DNA of 57,611 nucleotides, from positions 64,001-121,611 of IMG/VR virus record IMGVR_UViG_3300023314_000004; one strand, 5' to 3'. Positions 9,001 to 17,526 of the stretch are shown in pieces (within the stretch, counting starts at the first letter, position 1; every line of letters begins with the position of its first letter). This DNA is from a virus (Duplodnaviria > Heunggongvirae > Uroviricota > Caudoviricetes). The translations under genes were made by a program, and so were the position numbers. Under the pieces are notes generated by a model, which ran no database searches, had not been told where the DNA came from, and worked only from the letters and a program-made list of their open reading frames with translations.

Positions 9001-10741
9001 TGTAGGTAGAGTGAAATATTGGTTCTCTACAGATGCAACAGAAAGAAACTCTGTTCTCAATTCTATATTTGGTGTTAAGGCTCATAGGTTTTATTGGAAC
9101 AGAAGTTCTTTCTTCTCAGATAATGGATCTATATTCCTGTTTGCTTATGGTATACCTAACTTCTTTTGTGAATCAGAAGTGAATGTAGATTATAGACAAG
9201 CCTATAATGATAAAGAAGGAGATTTTTTCCCTAGAGTGAGCAAAGGTATTCCAGATGATTGGTTACAGGAATATAATGTAAGTATAGCTAATGATAATAC
9301 TTATCTTTATAATAAGAGTTTTTCAAAACAAAACCAATACACTAATACATTTACTCACCTTCCTCCGGATTTCTTTGAAGATGTAAATAGAGAAAGCCAA
9401 CCTTATAGAGCTATATTTTCTGAAAAGCAGGAAGAAGTAATTAACTATAGGAGAAATAATTGGCTTGTATATAGACCAGCTGCTAAATTTGATTTCCCTC
9501 AAAATTATGGAAAGCTTACATCTCTTGATGGAATAGAGAATAAACAAGTGTTGGCTAGGTTTGAAAACAAAACTCTCCTGTATAATGCATTACAAACTAT
9601 AGCAACTTCTACAACTCAGGCTTATTTAGGTCAATCCCTATTTTCTCAGCAGTCTCCTCCCCTTGATTATGCTGATACAGATTTAGGTTTTGTAGGATCA
9701 CAACACAAGTTCCTACTTAAAACTGAATATGGTCATATCACTATAGATTCTAAAAGAGGGCAAATATTTATCCTTTCAGGACAACAAGCTAAAGAAATTT
9801 CAAATGAGAATGTATCTAAATTTCTTACAGAATTCCTTCCATTTGAAATACAAAAAGCTTTTTCTACATATAACATAGATAATCATTTCAATGGTGTAGG
9901 ATTACATGGAGTGTACGATTCTAAATATGATAGAATTCTCATCACTAAATTAGACTATAAACCTCTCCTTCCTCTAACATTAGAGAATAACAAATTCTTT
10001 TATCAAAATCAGGAAGTAGAATTAACTGATACACGTTATTTTTGTAATAATTCTTTTACACTTTCTTACAGTTTTATAACTAATTCCTGGTCTAGTTTTC
10101 ACTCCTATCTGCCTAATTACTATATAGGATCAACTAATTGCTTCTATTCAGGAAACACTAATTTATGGAAACACAATTCAACTTTCACTCTTTTTAATAA
10201 CTTCTATGGAACTATTGCTCCTTATATCATCGAATACCCGATATATTACAAGGGAAATGATGAGATATTACAAGGAATTAAAGACTATTCTAAGATATTA
10301 AAATATACAGACTACCAAGAATTTGTAGAGACAGATGACGAATATTTCTCAGAAGCAATTATTTACAATAACCAACAATGTTCAGGAACCTTAAAGCTCA
10401 CTAAGAAACCTAAGAATAATCTTCAAAGCTATTCTAAATACCCTGTCTACAATACAGATAGTAAAGAAATACTATTTACTAAATCTAACAGTTTCTACAA
10501 TTTTAACACTTTCTGGGCATTACAGAAAAACTCTCAACAACCTATGTGGCTTAAAAGTTGTGAATCTCTTTCTATATATAAAGAACTTAATAATTCTAAT
10601 ATGAACTATTCTAAGCGTTCTTTTAATAAAGCCCCTCTAATGGCAAAAGACACACGTATTAGACTTATTAATAACACAAAGGACAGTTTAAAATTTGTTT
10701 CTCAGTTCATTATTTCTTCATCCCAAATATCTTACAAATAA
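6005..10741 (+). CDS. Tail stabilization / muzzle protein
   Basis: 1578 aa, beta-rich; GSYQFAIQY, RGYMRDEVYPF, IRHHKFPD, FHSPDT, GGDIFI, SFHSYLPNYY segments match my recollection of crAss-like stabilization proteins; consistent synteny. Confidence 0.7.
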   Translation: MAESNINNTPSSAALGLNLDNIMSQIRPSQYTYALNAVIQGFDGNSVTVQNEEGNILCTNLPEGYKVVGARNILEKDLIVFWLATEDELNSEIGVVNTNTCLYTKKINDPCIGLSLNHPILKSVYRLTHRGTEVYWTDGNMPRRFIDLDNLPFLETTGPDCQNVITTEIDCNKMNVQPNFSIPELEITDVDSDGETEAGSYQFAIQYANALSEAYTSYYSVTNPIGLFDPTKITQDFNYKVNKSIDILISNLDQSGYYDYFNLAVIKTVNNITTPYLVGTYKITSTQQKISYTGQNQTQEALSLVDINEKYPVYATANDVTTAQDILIWSDLVAEERINYQAIASQIKLLWETHRLKYEEAYQKPELIYPYRGYMRDEVYPFEVCFLLDNGLQTDGFHIPARVAMDTDLEIVSNEDSLIDREKCEEAEILRRWQVYNTATLTGFSDEFQNAADDCYTGAYQYGEFAYWQSEELYPCDIKMWGSLANTPIRHHKFPDSVITQIHDTEYIYPIGVQVDINQINQLIQSSSLTQDQKNSIVGFKILRGNRANNKSVVAKGLIHNVLKYTAKNNQIDYTSGSGGGNYSANPVYGLVDRALDLVDKAYKTIVPIFDTNRERLENVMDTLNFAKTYPTNSPIFTANIQFAINKINEELGDPNNDTEVAYLQGALEVLNSALQTADAYSQLGDLNIDEIPEVDSNEYYYPNYLFNDIRANDPYLDNTIVDESSKSRYTFHSPDTHFYQPSLGTILKLETAESGFSNGHIVEVKKHSKYQFVNSTAYISALIAGVSIGFASGTYGLSTNVFNGTAAMTAYQAIVDIIFKITPHKNFAYQYNAIGNYTLSKPVLNNGNKQRAIDIGRYLQSGVESVGDNLRINNYQRENSVYVKTNLPLPYVNEVSGITDISKTLIPSYDIFSWPISSYYASIKKAFNNQYGQIYSYDTIDTGFQRSLNPNAQYKKETIFGGDIFINQFAYKSKIPFFIDNRVGEPDDSDISYNELSNVGRVKYWFSTDATERNSVLNSIFGVKAHRFYWNRSSFFSDNGSIFLFAYGIPNFFCESEVNVDYRQAYNDKEGDFFPRVSKGIPDDWLQEYNVSIANDNTYLYNKSFSKQNQYTNTFTHLPPDFFEDVNRESQPYRAIFSEKQEEVINYRRNNWLVYRPAAKFDFPQNYGKLTSLDGIENKQVLARFENKTLLYNALQTIATSTTQAYLGQSLFSQQSPPLDYADTDLGFVGSQHKFLLKTEYGHITIDSKRGQIFILSGQQAKEISNENVSKFLTEFLPFEIQKAFSTYNIDNHFNGVGLHGVYDSKYDRILITKLDYKPLLPLTLENNKFFYQNQEVELTDTRYFCNNSFTLSYSFITNSWSSFHSYLPNYYIGSTNCFYSGNTNLWKHNSTFTLFNNFYGTIAPYIIEYPIYYKGNDEILQGIKDYSKILKYTDYQEFVETDDEYFSEAIIYNNQQCSGTLKLTKKPKNNLQSYSKYPVYNTDSKEILFTKSNSFYNFNTFWALQKNSQQPMWLKSCESLSIYKELNNSNMNYSKRSFNKAPLMAKDTRIRLINNTKDSLKFVSQFIISSSQISYK

Positions 10742-13700
10742 TGCCAGATCCAAAAAATATAAAAAAATTCTATAAGGATTATTTAAATTCTCCTAATTAT
10801 AAAAAAAGGCTTACTAAGCAAGGATATAAAAATGTAGATCAAGTTATAAAAGATAGACAAAATAATCTAAATTCTACATCTGTAATTAATGTACTTGGAA
10901 TAGGAAATAAATATATACCAAAAAACAAAGCTGTAAATATAGATGATGAAGAGTTAAAAAAATATGGTAATACAACTGAGTCTACTTTAACTCATGAGTA
11001 TTCCCATGTAATAGGGAGTATGTTAGCAAATATGCCTGGTATAAAAAATACAAATTTAGCTTTAAATAAAAATGAAGTTTCTTTTATAAACTCAAAAAAT
11101 AAGTATAGAAATATTGATACTAACGCTATGCCTATTGAAGAGCAAGGAGTAATAGACCATGATTCCACTCCTTTTGAAGCTAAAGCAGATATAGATACTT
11201 TAAGATATTATCTTAAAAAAGATAATATATATGATACGGGAACCCAAGAATTTAATCAAGAAATACTAAACAAAGCTAAATCTAAATATAAAGATAATAA
11301 AAATATAAATAGAAGTTTTAAAGGTTTTTCTGATAAGGATTTGATTGATATAATGAATAATGTAGCTGTCAATGACAAACAAGATACACTTATGGCAAAA
11401 AAAGGAATAAATATATCCAAAAAAGCTCAGTCAGGACTTATACTTAAAAAAGATCAAAATCCTTTTTATGGTAATGATCCTATGTTTGATCCTGCTGATA
11501 TGCAGCGTCTTCCCTACAATCCAGAATTAGCTCCTTGGGCAGGGCCAGCTCCTACTGCTAAAATCAATCCATCTTGGAAAGGATCTAGACCAGATCAAAA
11601 AGATAAAAAGAGAACAGATCCCACTCCTTATATATTAGGTTCTTTAGCTTTAATAGATGCTGCTCTTCCTAAAGGAGATACCAATCCTGATTATGTTAGA
11701 CCAGAAGATTTGCCTACATACAATCCTCTTCCCTATGGCACTGGCTCTCAAGCTATTATGAAAAAAGGTGGAAAAATTAAGGACAATGAAGGATATAGAA
11801 AATCTAATGTAAAGAATTTTACCAGTAAGAAAATAATTGATTCTAACCTAATAGATACTACAGATATGAGTGTTCCTGCCATTTTAGCTAATGGTAAGAA
11901 ATTATATAACAATACAGGAACTCATTTCATTCCAGGAGATCAAGTAGAAGAAATCCCTCTCCTTCAGAAAGGAGGCAAAGTACAACCTATCATAACCAAC
12001 AATCCTAATGATAAAAGATTAAAGGCTTATAATGATAGTTTGACACTATATAATGCAAATGAAAAAGATTTTCATACTTTAAATTCTGGAATATCCGGAA
12101 ATGATTGGGAAAAATTAGTAGATAGTTTTTATAACCCAGACGGAACTGTAAATCCTTCTTTACCAAGGGAAGCAGCTTATCAAAATTTAAAAAAATTAAA
12201 TAATAAAAATCCTGAGCCTGTTCAAAGAATATCAAAAAAATTTACTGAAAATTATAGTGGCACTGTGTATAGGTATAAAAAACCAATTCAACCAATTCAA
12301 TATAAAAAACCAGCTTCGATAGTAAAAGATAAAACTGATGAATTTATTGCGGAATACAATAAAATACATCCGCCTATTTATATAAGTGATCCTAAAGATC
12401 CTAGATTAAATATGTATACAGAAGCTGGCAATCAATATTTATATAAAGCTCCTAAACCAAAAGCTGAACATACATTATTAAGAACAAAATATAAACCTGA
12501 ATTAGCAAATGTAAATCCTCAACAAGTAGGACTTCCAAATCTACCACAATTAGATTTAACTCAGAAACCTACACAATTCACTGTAGATAATAATGGTAAG
12601 CCTCAATACTTTAATACATATGATCAATGGAAATCTTATGTAGATAGTAACAGTATTCCTTTTAAACAGGAAGCTGGTGATAAAAGTTCAGCTCAAGCTA
12701 ATTACTTCCAAGATGGAGGTAATATGTTCACTACAGCTCCATATACTCAAGGACAACTAAGAGGTATAGGTGGATTTCCAGGATGGGAAGACTATCCTCT
12801 TACAGATTATAAAAAGAAAGCTCCTAAAGGAATGTCTCAGGTTGAATACCAACAAGTAATGAACAAGCTGGACTTTCTTAAAAATAACACTCCGGATAGT
12901 AATGTTTATCACTTAGATGATAGTCACTATTCTATTAATCCAGTAGCTGCAAATCCAGACTATGTAAATAAGGGTGGTAATATTAAATCCTACAACTCAG
13001 GAGGTGTACAAACACATTCAGGTGGTAACGCTCCTCAAGTAAGTTATAATCCTATAGATGGTGGGATGGGAGAATTTCAAGGTAAGTCACATTCTGACGG
13101 AGGGATACAATCTTCTTTTCAAGGTAAAGCTTTTGAGGCTGAAGGTGGAGAACCTTATAGAATTGATGGACAAGGAGATTTAGAAATATTTGGAAATCTC
13201 ACTAACCCTCTTACAGGATCTAAATTTAAAAAAGATGCTAAGATGATAGCTAAAAAAGAAAAGAAAACTCAAACCTATATAGATTTAGGAGCAGAGTTAG
13301 TAAATACAGCAGAACCTACAAAGGATAAGTTTGAATTATTAAAATTCAACTCAGGTACAGCTATGCTTAAGGGAGGACTTTCTAAACAGAAAGAACTTGT
13401 ACAATCTAAAGAACAGCTTTCTAAATTACAAAAGCTAATGCTTTCTCAAGAAACTAATTATGCTGAAGATGGTGGTTTAATTAAAGCTCAAAAAGGTGCA
13501 ACTGTATCTGGAAATAAATATCAATCTATTATAGATAAATATGCAAGTCAATATGGAGTGAATCCTCAGACTATAGCTAAAATTATTAATCTTGAATCAG
13601 GGTTTAATCCTACACAGGTTAGTAAAGCTGGAGCTAAAGGTATTATGCAATTTATGACACCTACAGCTAAATCTTATGGATTAACGGAAGCTCAGTTAAC

Positions 13701-14871
13701 TTCCACGAATCCCGCTGATATAGAGGCAAATATAGCTGCTGGAGTTAAACATTTTTCTAGTTTATTAAAACAAAATGGTGGAGATGAGAAACTTGCTGTA
13801 GCTGCTTATAATATGGGGCAGGGTAATGTAAACGATTTTAAAAGAAGCTCTGGTAAAAAGAACTATACAGGAGAAGATTTAATACAAAGACTTGATTGGA
13901 AAAATCAAAATCAACCTTCTAAAAAAGGTAATCTTGCTCAAAATCAAACAAGAGAATATTTAAAAAATATCTTTGGAGATACTCCAAATCCAGAACAATT
14001 TAGACAGCAATACTATTCTCCTACAGACATACCTCAAAAAGACTATTGGACTCCAGAAAATCCCTATAAATCAGCTCCTCAAGCTGCACCGGCCAATCCT
14101 GTAACACCACAACCTTATGATTTTAATTTTAAAAATCCACCTAATCCTACAAGAGAGCCAATAAATACAAATCCTTGGGAACAACTTCTTCCAGCTGTAC
14201 CAGCTCTAATAGATAGAACTGATTCTGTACAAATGCAAAAGCTTAATCCAGATTTATATTCTCCATATTCTGTGGATTTTCAGGATAGGAGAAATAGAAA
14301 TACATCTCAATTTCAGGGAGTTAAAAAAGCTATAGCTTATGATCCTTCAGCTCAAGGAGCATTATCAGCTCAAATGTATGAGGCAAACAGTGGTATAGAT
14401 GCAGAAGAGTTTAGAACCAATCAAGCTATTTTCAACGACACTCTTAATAAAAATGTCACTCTCCTTAATAATACTAAGGAAAAGAACTTACAATTAGCTG
14501 ATACTCAATACGTTCGTCAAGCTACAGCTAAAGGTAATACAAGAGATAGGAGAACAGAAGCATTAGTTCAGGTGTCAGATATATTAGCTAAGAATGCTTT
14601 AGAAGATAAAACTCTCAACACCTACCGTAATCTATTTCCTAATTATAATTTTGATGAAAATCAGCAATTACAATATATAGGAGATAATCCTCTTATCTAT
14701 GGTAATTCAGGAGCTATAGGTAGCCCTAGTAAAACTGTTGTTACAGAGACTGAAGGTAAACCTAAACAAACTAAAACCACCTACGATAGTATAGGAAGAG
14801 CTAGATTTAAAAAATTCAAAGATGGTGGAGATCTATCTCAGTCTAAGCTTACAAGATTAATGTATCAATAA
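10741..14871 (+). CDS. Virion cargo/ejection protein with zincin HExxH motif and soluble lytic transglycosylase (SLT) domain
   Basis: HEYSH at 10993-11007; SLT motifs IINLESGFNP (catalytic Glu codon 13594-13596), GAKGIMQFM, AVAAYNMGQG (about 13510-13970); GKSHSDGG...EAEGGE motif; repeated xxxGG motifs. Confidence 0.75.
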   Translation: MPDPKNIKKFYKDYLNSPNYKKRLTKQGYKNVDQVIKDRQNNLNSTSVINVLGIGNKYIPKNKAVNIDDEELKKYGNTTESTLTHEYSHVIGSMLANMPGIKNTNLALNKNEVSFINSKNKYRNIDTNAMPIEEQGVIDHDSTPFEAKADIDTLRYYLKKDNIYDTGTQEFNQEILNKAKSKYKDNKNINRSFKGFSDKDLIDIMNNVAVNDKQDTLMAKKGINISKKAQSGLILKKDQNPFYGNDPMFDPADMQRLPYNPELAPWAGPAPTAKINPSWKGSRPDQKDKKRTDPTPYILGSLALIDAALPKGDTNPDYVRPEDLPTYNPLPYGTGSQAIMKKGGKIKDNEGYRKSNVKNFTSKKIIDSNLIDTTDMSVPAILANGKKLYNNTGTHFIPGDQVEEIPLLQKGGKVQPIITNNPNDKRLKAYNDSLTLYNANEKDFHTLNSGISGNDWEKLVDSFYNPDGTVNPSLPREAAYQNLKKLNNKNPEPVQRISKKFTENYSGTVYRYKKPIQPIQYKKPASIVKDKTDEFIAEYNKIHPPIYISDPKDPRLNMYTEAGNQYLYKAPKPKAEHTLLRTKYKPELANVNPQQVGLPNLPQLDLTQKPTQFTVDNNGKPQYFNTYDQWKSYVDSNSIPFKQEAGDKSSAQANYFQDGGNMFTTAPYTQGQLRGIGGFPGWEDYPLTDYKKKAPKGMSQVEYQQVMNKLDFLKNNTPDSNVYHLDDSHYSINPVAANPDYVNKGGNIKSYNSGGVQTHSGGNAPQVSYNPIDGGMGEFQGKSHSDGGIQSSFQGKAFEAEGGEPYRIDGQGDLEIFGNLTNPLTGSKFKKDAKMIAKKEKKTQTYIDLGAELVNTAEPTKDKFELLKFNSGTAMLKGGLSKQKELVQSKEQLSKLQKLMLSQETNYAEDGGLIKAQKGATVSGNKYQSIIDKYASQYGVNPQTIAKIINLESGFNPTQVSKAGAKGIMQFMTPTAKSYGLTEAQLTSTNPADIEANIAAGVKHFSSLLKQNGGDEKLAVAAYNMGQGNVNDFKRSSGKKNYTGEDLIQRLDWKNQNQPSKKGNLAQNQTREYLKNIFGDTPNPEQFRQQYYSPTDIPQKDYWTPENPYKSAPQAAPANPVTPQPYDFNFKNPPNPTREPINTNPWEQLLPAVPALIDRTDSVQMQKLNPDLYSPYSVDFQDRRNRNTSQFQGVKKAIAYDPSAQGALSAQMYEANSGIDAEEFRTNQAIFNDTLNKNVTLLNNTKEKNLQLADTQYVRQATAKGNTRDRRTEALVQVSDILAKNALEDKTLNTYRNLFPNYNFDENQQLQYIGDNPLIYGNSGAIGSPSKTVVTETEGKPKQTKTTYDSIGRARFKKFKDGGDLSQSKLTRLMYQ

Positions 14872-14897
14872 TTTTTATTAAGCAATCTTTAATACAA

Positions 14898-14929
14898 TTT
14901 GGTAATCTCATTCAAATTGTTTAATATTG
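14898..14929 (+). promoter_or_regulatory. Near-consensus Bacteroidota promoter upstream of the 856-aa ejection protein
   Basis: TTTG (14898-14901), N20, TAATATTG (14922-14929; one mismatch), in the only intergenic gap of this block. Confidence 0.45.
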
Positions 14930-14955
14930 TATAACTTTCTACAAAAAATAACATT

Positions 14956-17526
14956 TTGGCAAATTTTACACAGTCAAGACCAATTCAATATAAAGATTAC
15001 GTAGCAATGAACCCCGTTCAAGCTATGGTAGAAGTTGGTGTGCAACGTGAGCAACAATTAGCTCAAGGTGTACAGAAAGTAAATTCATATTTTGAACAAA
15101 TTTCAGGACTTGATGTTGCTAGAGATGTAGATAAGCAGCATGTACAGAATAAACTTAACGAATTAAAAACTGGTATCACCACTCAACTATCTGGAGATTT
15201 CTCTGATCAAAGAATAGTTAATCAGATTTCTGGAGCAGCTAATCAAATTTATAAAGATCCAACCATTCAAAATGCTGTAATATCCACAGCAAGCTTAAGA
15301 AAGGGTTCTACAGAAATGGATGAAGCTCGTAAGAAAGGAGAGAATGGTCCAGCAAATGATTATTATTTTAATAGAAAATCTCAAGAATATTTAAGTTCTA
15401 CAGATCCTAATGCTTCTTTTAATTATAAATACGAAAAATATAACAACAACCAGAAAGAAGTAGAGAGTATATTAAAGGCTATATCTCCTTCAGGGACCTT
15501 GACAGATGAAGCTTTTACCACTGATAAGAATGGTAATAGAGTGTTAGCTGATTCTGTTATACGTAATGGATTTAAAGGAGTGAAGCCAGAACAAATTAGG
15601 GCAGCTTTAAGAGCAGGGCTTTCTCCTCAAGCATGGAGACAATATGAATTAGATGGTGTATATAATTTTTCTAATCTTCCTCCAGAACAATTTGCTTCTA
15701 CAGTTCAGAAAGAATATGCTAGTGTAGCAGATCAATATAAAGAAAAAATACGTCTTATAGATAATGCTGTCACTACTTCAGGACCAGAGAAAGCTAAATT
15801 ACAAGAACAAAAAGATACTCTTATAAAAGAATTAGGGCAACTAAAAAATGAATATGATGGAGTGACATCTACATTTGCATTTGGAGACACTGATTCAGGT
15901 AAAGCTAAATTACACACTCTGCGTTCTATTAATAATTTAGCTGCTGCTTATTCTTATGGGGAAATACAACACACCTATCAAGGAGACACTCCACAACAAA
16001 TGGAGAAATGGAGACAGGATAAAGCTCAGGATTGGAATAAATTCAGTCTTAAATACCAACAAGATGAGAGACAATTTGAATTAAATAGAGCAGATAAAAA
16101 GAAAGAACTTGATCTTAAAGAAAAAGAACTTAAAGGTAACTTTGGTTCACTCTCTACACCTTTTGGGAAAGATGAAACTCCAGCTATTACAATGGAGAAA
16201 TTCAAAGAAACTACAGATGCTATAGGAAATGAAATTAAATCTAATAAAGATCAATTTATTTCTTTAAATAATTTAAACCCCAACTCAACTGAAGGTAAAG
16301 ATTGGTATAATGCTCGTATGCAAAACTTTTTACAAAAAGGTGGAGCAGGATTAACAGCTGTAGAGAGAGAACATTTCCAGGCTGTTGCAGATAAACAAAA
16401 AGAATATGACAGTAATTTAGCTGTAGCATCTACTATAAACCAAGAAATAGCTAATAATCCAGATTTTAAAAAAATAAATGATTTCATTCCTAAGGATGCT
16501 AAAACAGTAATATATAGAGAAGGTAGTTCCAATTATCAATATTCTCCTCAAGATTTCATAGCTTTTAATTCTAAAAGAAATAAATATATTATAGACGTAC
16601 CTTCAGCAGGAACAGGCGGAGCAGGAGATACAAGAGTAGATTTTGCAAAAGCTAAGGCAGAACTTACAGACAAAGAATATAAATTATTTGAAATATCTTT
16701 TAATGGACCCAAAGATGCTAGTCAAGCCACTGTAAGGCAATATATGGATAATTATAGAGTTGCTGTAAATCAACCTTACCAGCAAGAGCTAGCTAAACAG
16801 AGAGATTTTGTAGATCAAAAATTAAATGAAAAAGTACTAATAAATCAAGCTACAGTTACAGGAATACCTATCACTAATCCTAAAGATAAATCAAATGTAA
16901 ATAATCTTATCTCTCAATTCTCTATATATGCAGATACACATAATGGTAAAATAGGAAATACTTCTTCAGAAGATCTAAATAAACTTCTGAAGGATGGGGA
17001 TAAAACAGTTAGTTATCAAACATCGTTAGGAACAAGATTTCAACAACCTGTAAATAACTTAATCATAACAGGATCAGATGGCTCTACACATACTATACCA
17101 TTAACAGAAACTCAAAGACAAGAAGTATTTGGAAATAGCTATACAGCCACTCCAGAACAAAAAGCTTTTGCCCCTATAGCTCAACAAATACAAAAATCAG
17201 GTGGCTATTCTACATCTATGGCAGGTAAACCATATTTAAATGCAGCAGATTTTAAGTCTGTTAAAAATTATGGTGTACAAGCAGATGTAATTAAAAGTCC
17301 CACTTCAGGTAAGTATACATTACAAATAAGTGTATATGATCCTATAACAAATGCATTAGTACCTAATATATCTTTTCCTGCACAAGGATTGATAGATGAT
17401 ACTAAAGTAGTAGATGTTCTAAATAGGCTTGATGACCAAGCTATATTTCAATTAATAAATAATAGAGTTCCTTCTGCTCAGGAATTAAATGCTTTACAAC
17501 AAGCAGCTCAAAAACCAAATTATTAA
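14956..17526 (+). CDS. Putative ejection (virion cargo) protein, TTG start
   Basis: 856 aa, helical/coiled-coil, lies between the SLT cargo protein and the vRNAP; start codon TTG after an A-rich leader; stop overlaps ATG 17526. Confidence 0.55.
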   Translation: MANFTQSRPIQYKDYVAMNPVQAMVEVGVQREQQLAQGVQKVNSYFEQISGLDVARDVDKQHVQNKLNELKTGITTQLSGDFSDQRIVNQISGAANQIYKDPTIQNAVISTASLRKGSTEMDEARKKGENGPANDYYFNRKSQEYLSSTDPNASFNYKYEKYNNNQKEVESILKAISPSGTLTDEAFTTDKNGNRVLADSVIRNGFKGVKPEQIRAALRAGLSPQAWRQYELDGVYNFSNLPPEQFASTVQKEYASVADQYKEKIRLIDNAVTTSGPEKAKLQEQKDTLIKELGQLKNEYDGVTSTFAFGDTDSGKAKLHTLRSINNLAAAYSYGEIQHTYQGDTPQQMEKWRQDKAQDWNKFSLKYQQDERQFELNRADKKKELDLKEKELKGNFGSLSTPFGKDETPAITMEKFKETTDAIGNEIKSNKDQFISLNNLNPNSTEGKDWYNARMQNFLQKGGAGLTAVEREHFQAVADKQKEYDSNLAVASTINQEIANNPDFKKINDFIPKDAKTVIYREGSSNYQYSPQDFIAFNSKRNKYIIDVPSAGTGGAGDTRVDFAKAKAELTDKEYKLFEISFNGPKDASQATVRQYMDNYRVAVNQPYQQELAKQRDFVDQKLNEKVLINQATVTGIPITNPKDKSNVNNLISQFSIYADTHNGKIGNTSSEDLNKLLKDGDKTVSYQTSLGTRFQQPVNNLIITGSDGSTHTIPLTETQRQEVFGNSYTATPEQKAFAPIAQQIQKSGGYSTSMAGKPYLNAADFKSVKNYGVQADVIKSPTSGKYTLQISVYDPITNALVPNISFPAQGLIDDTKVVDVLNRLDDQAIFQLINNRVPSAQELNALQQAAQKPNY

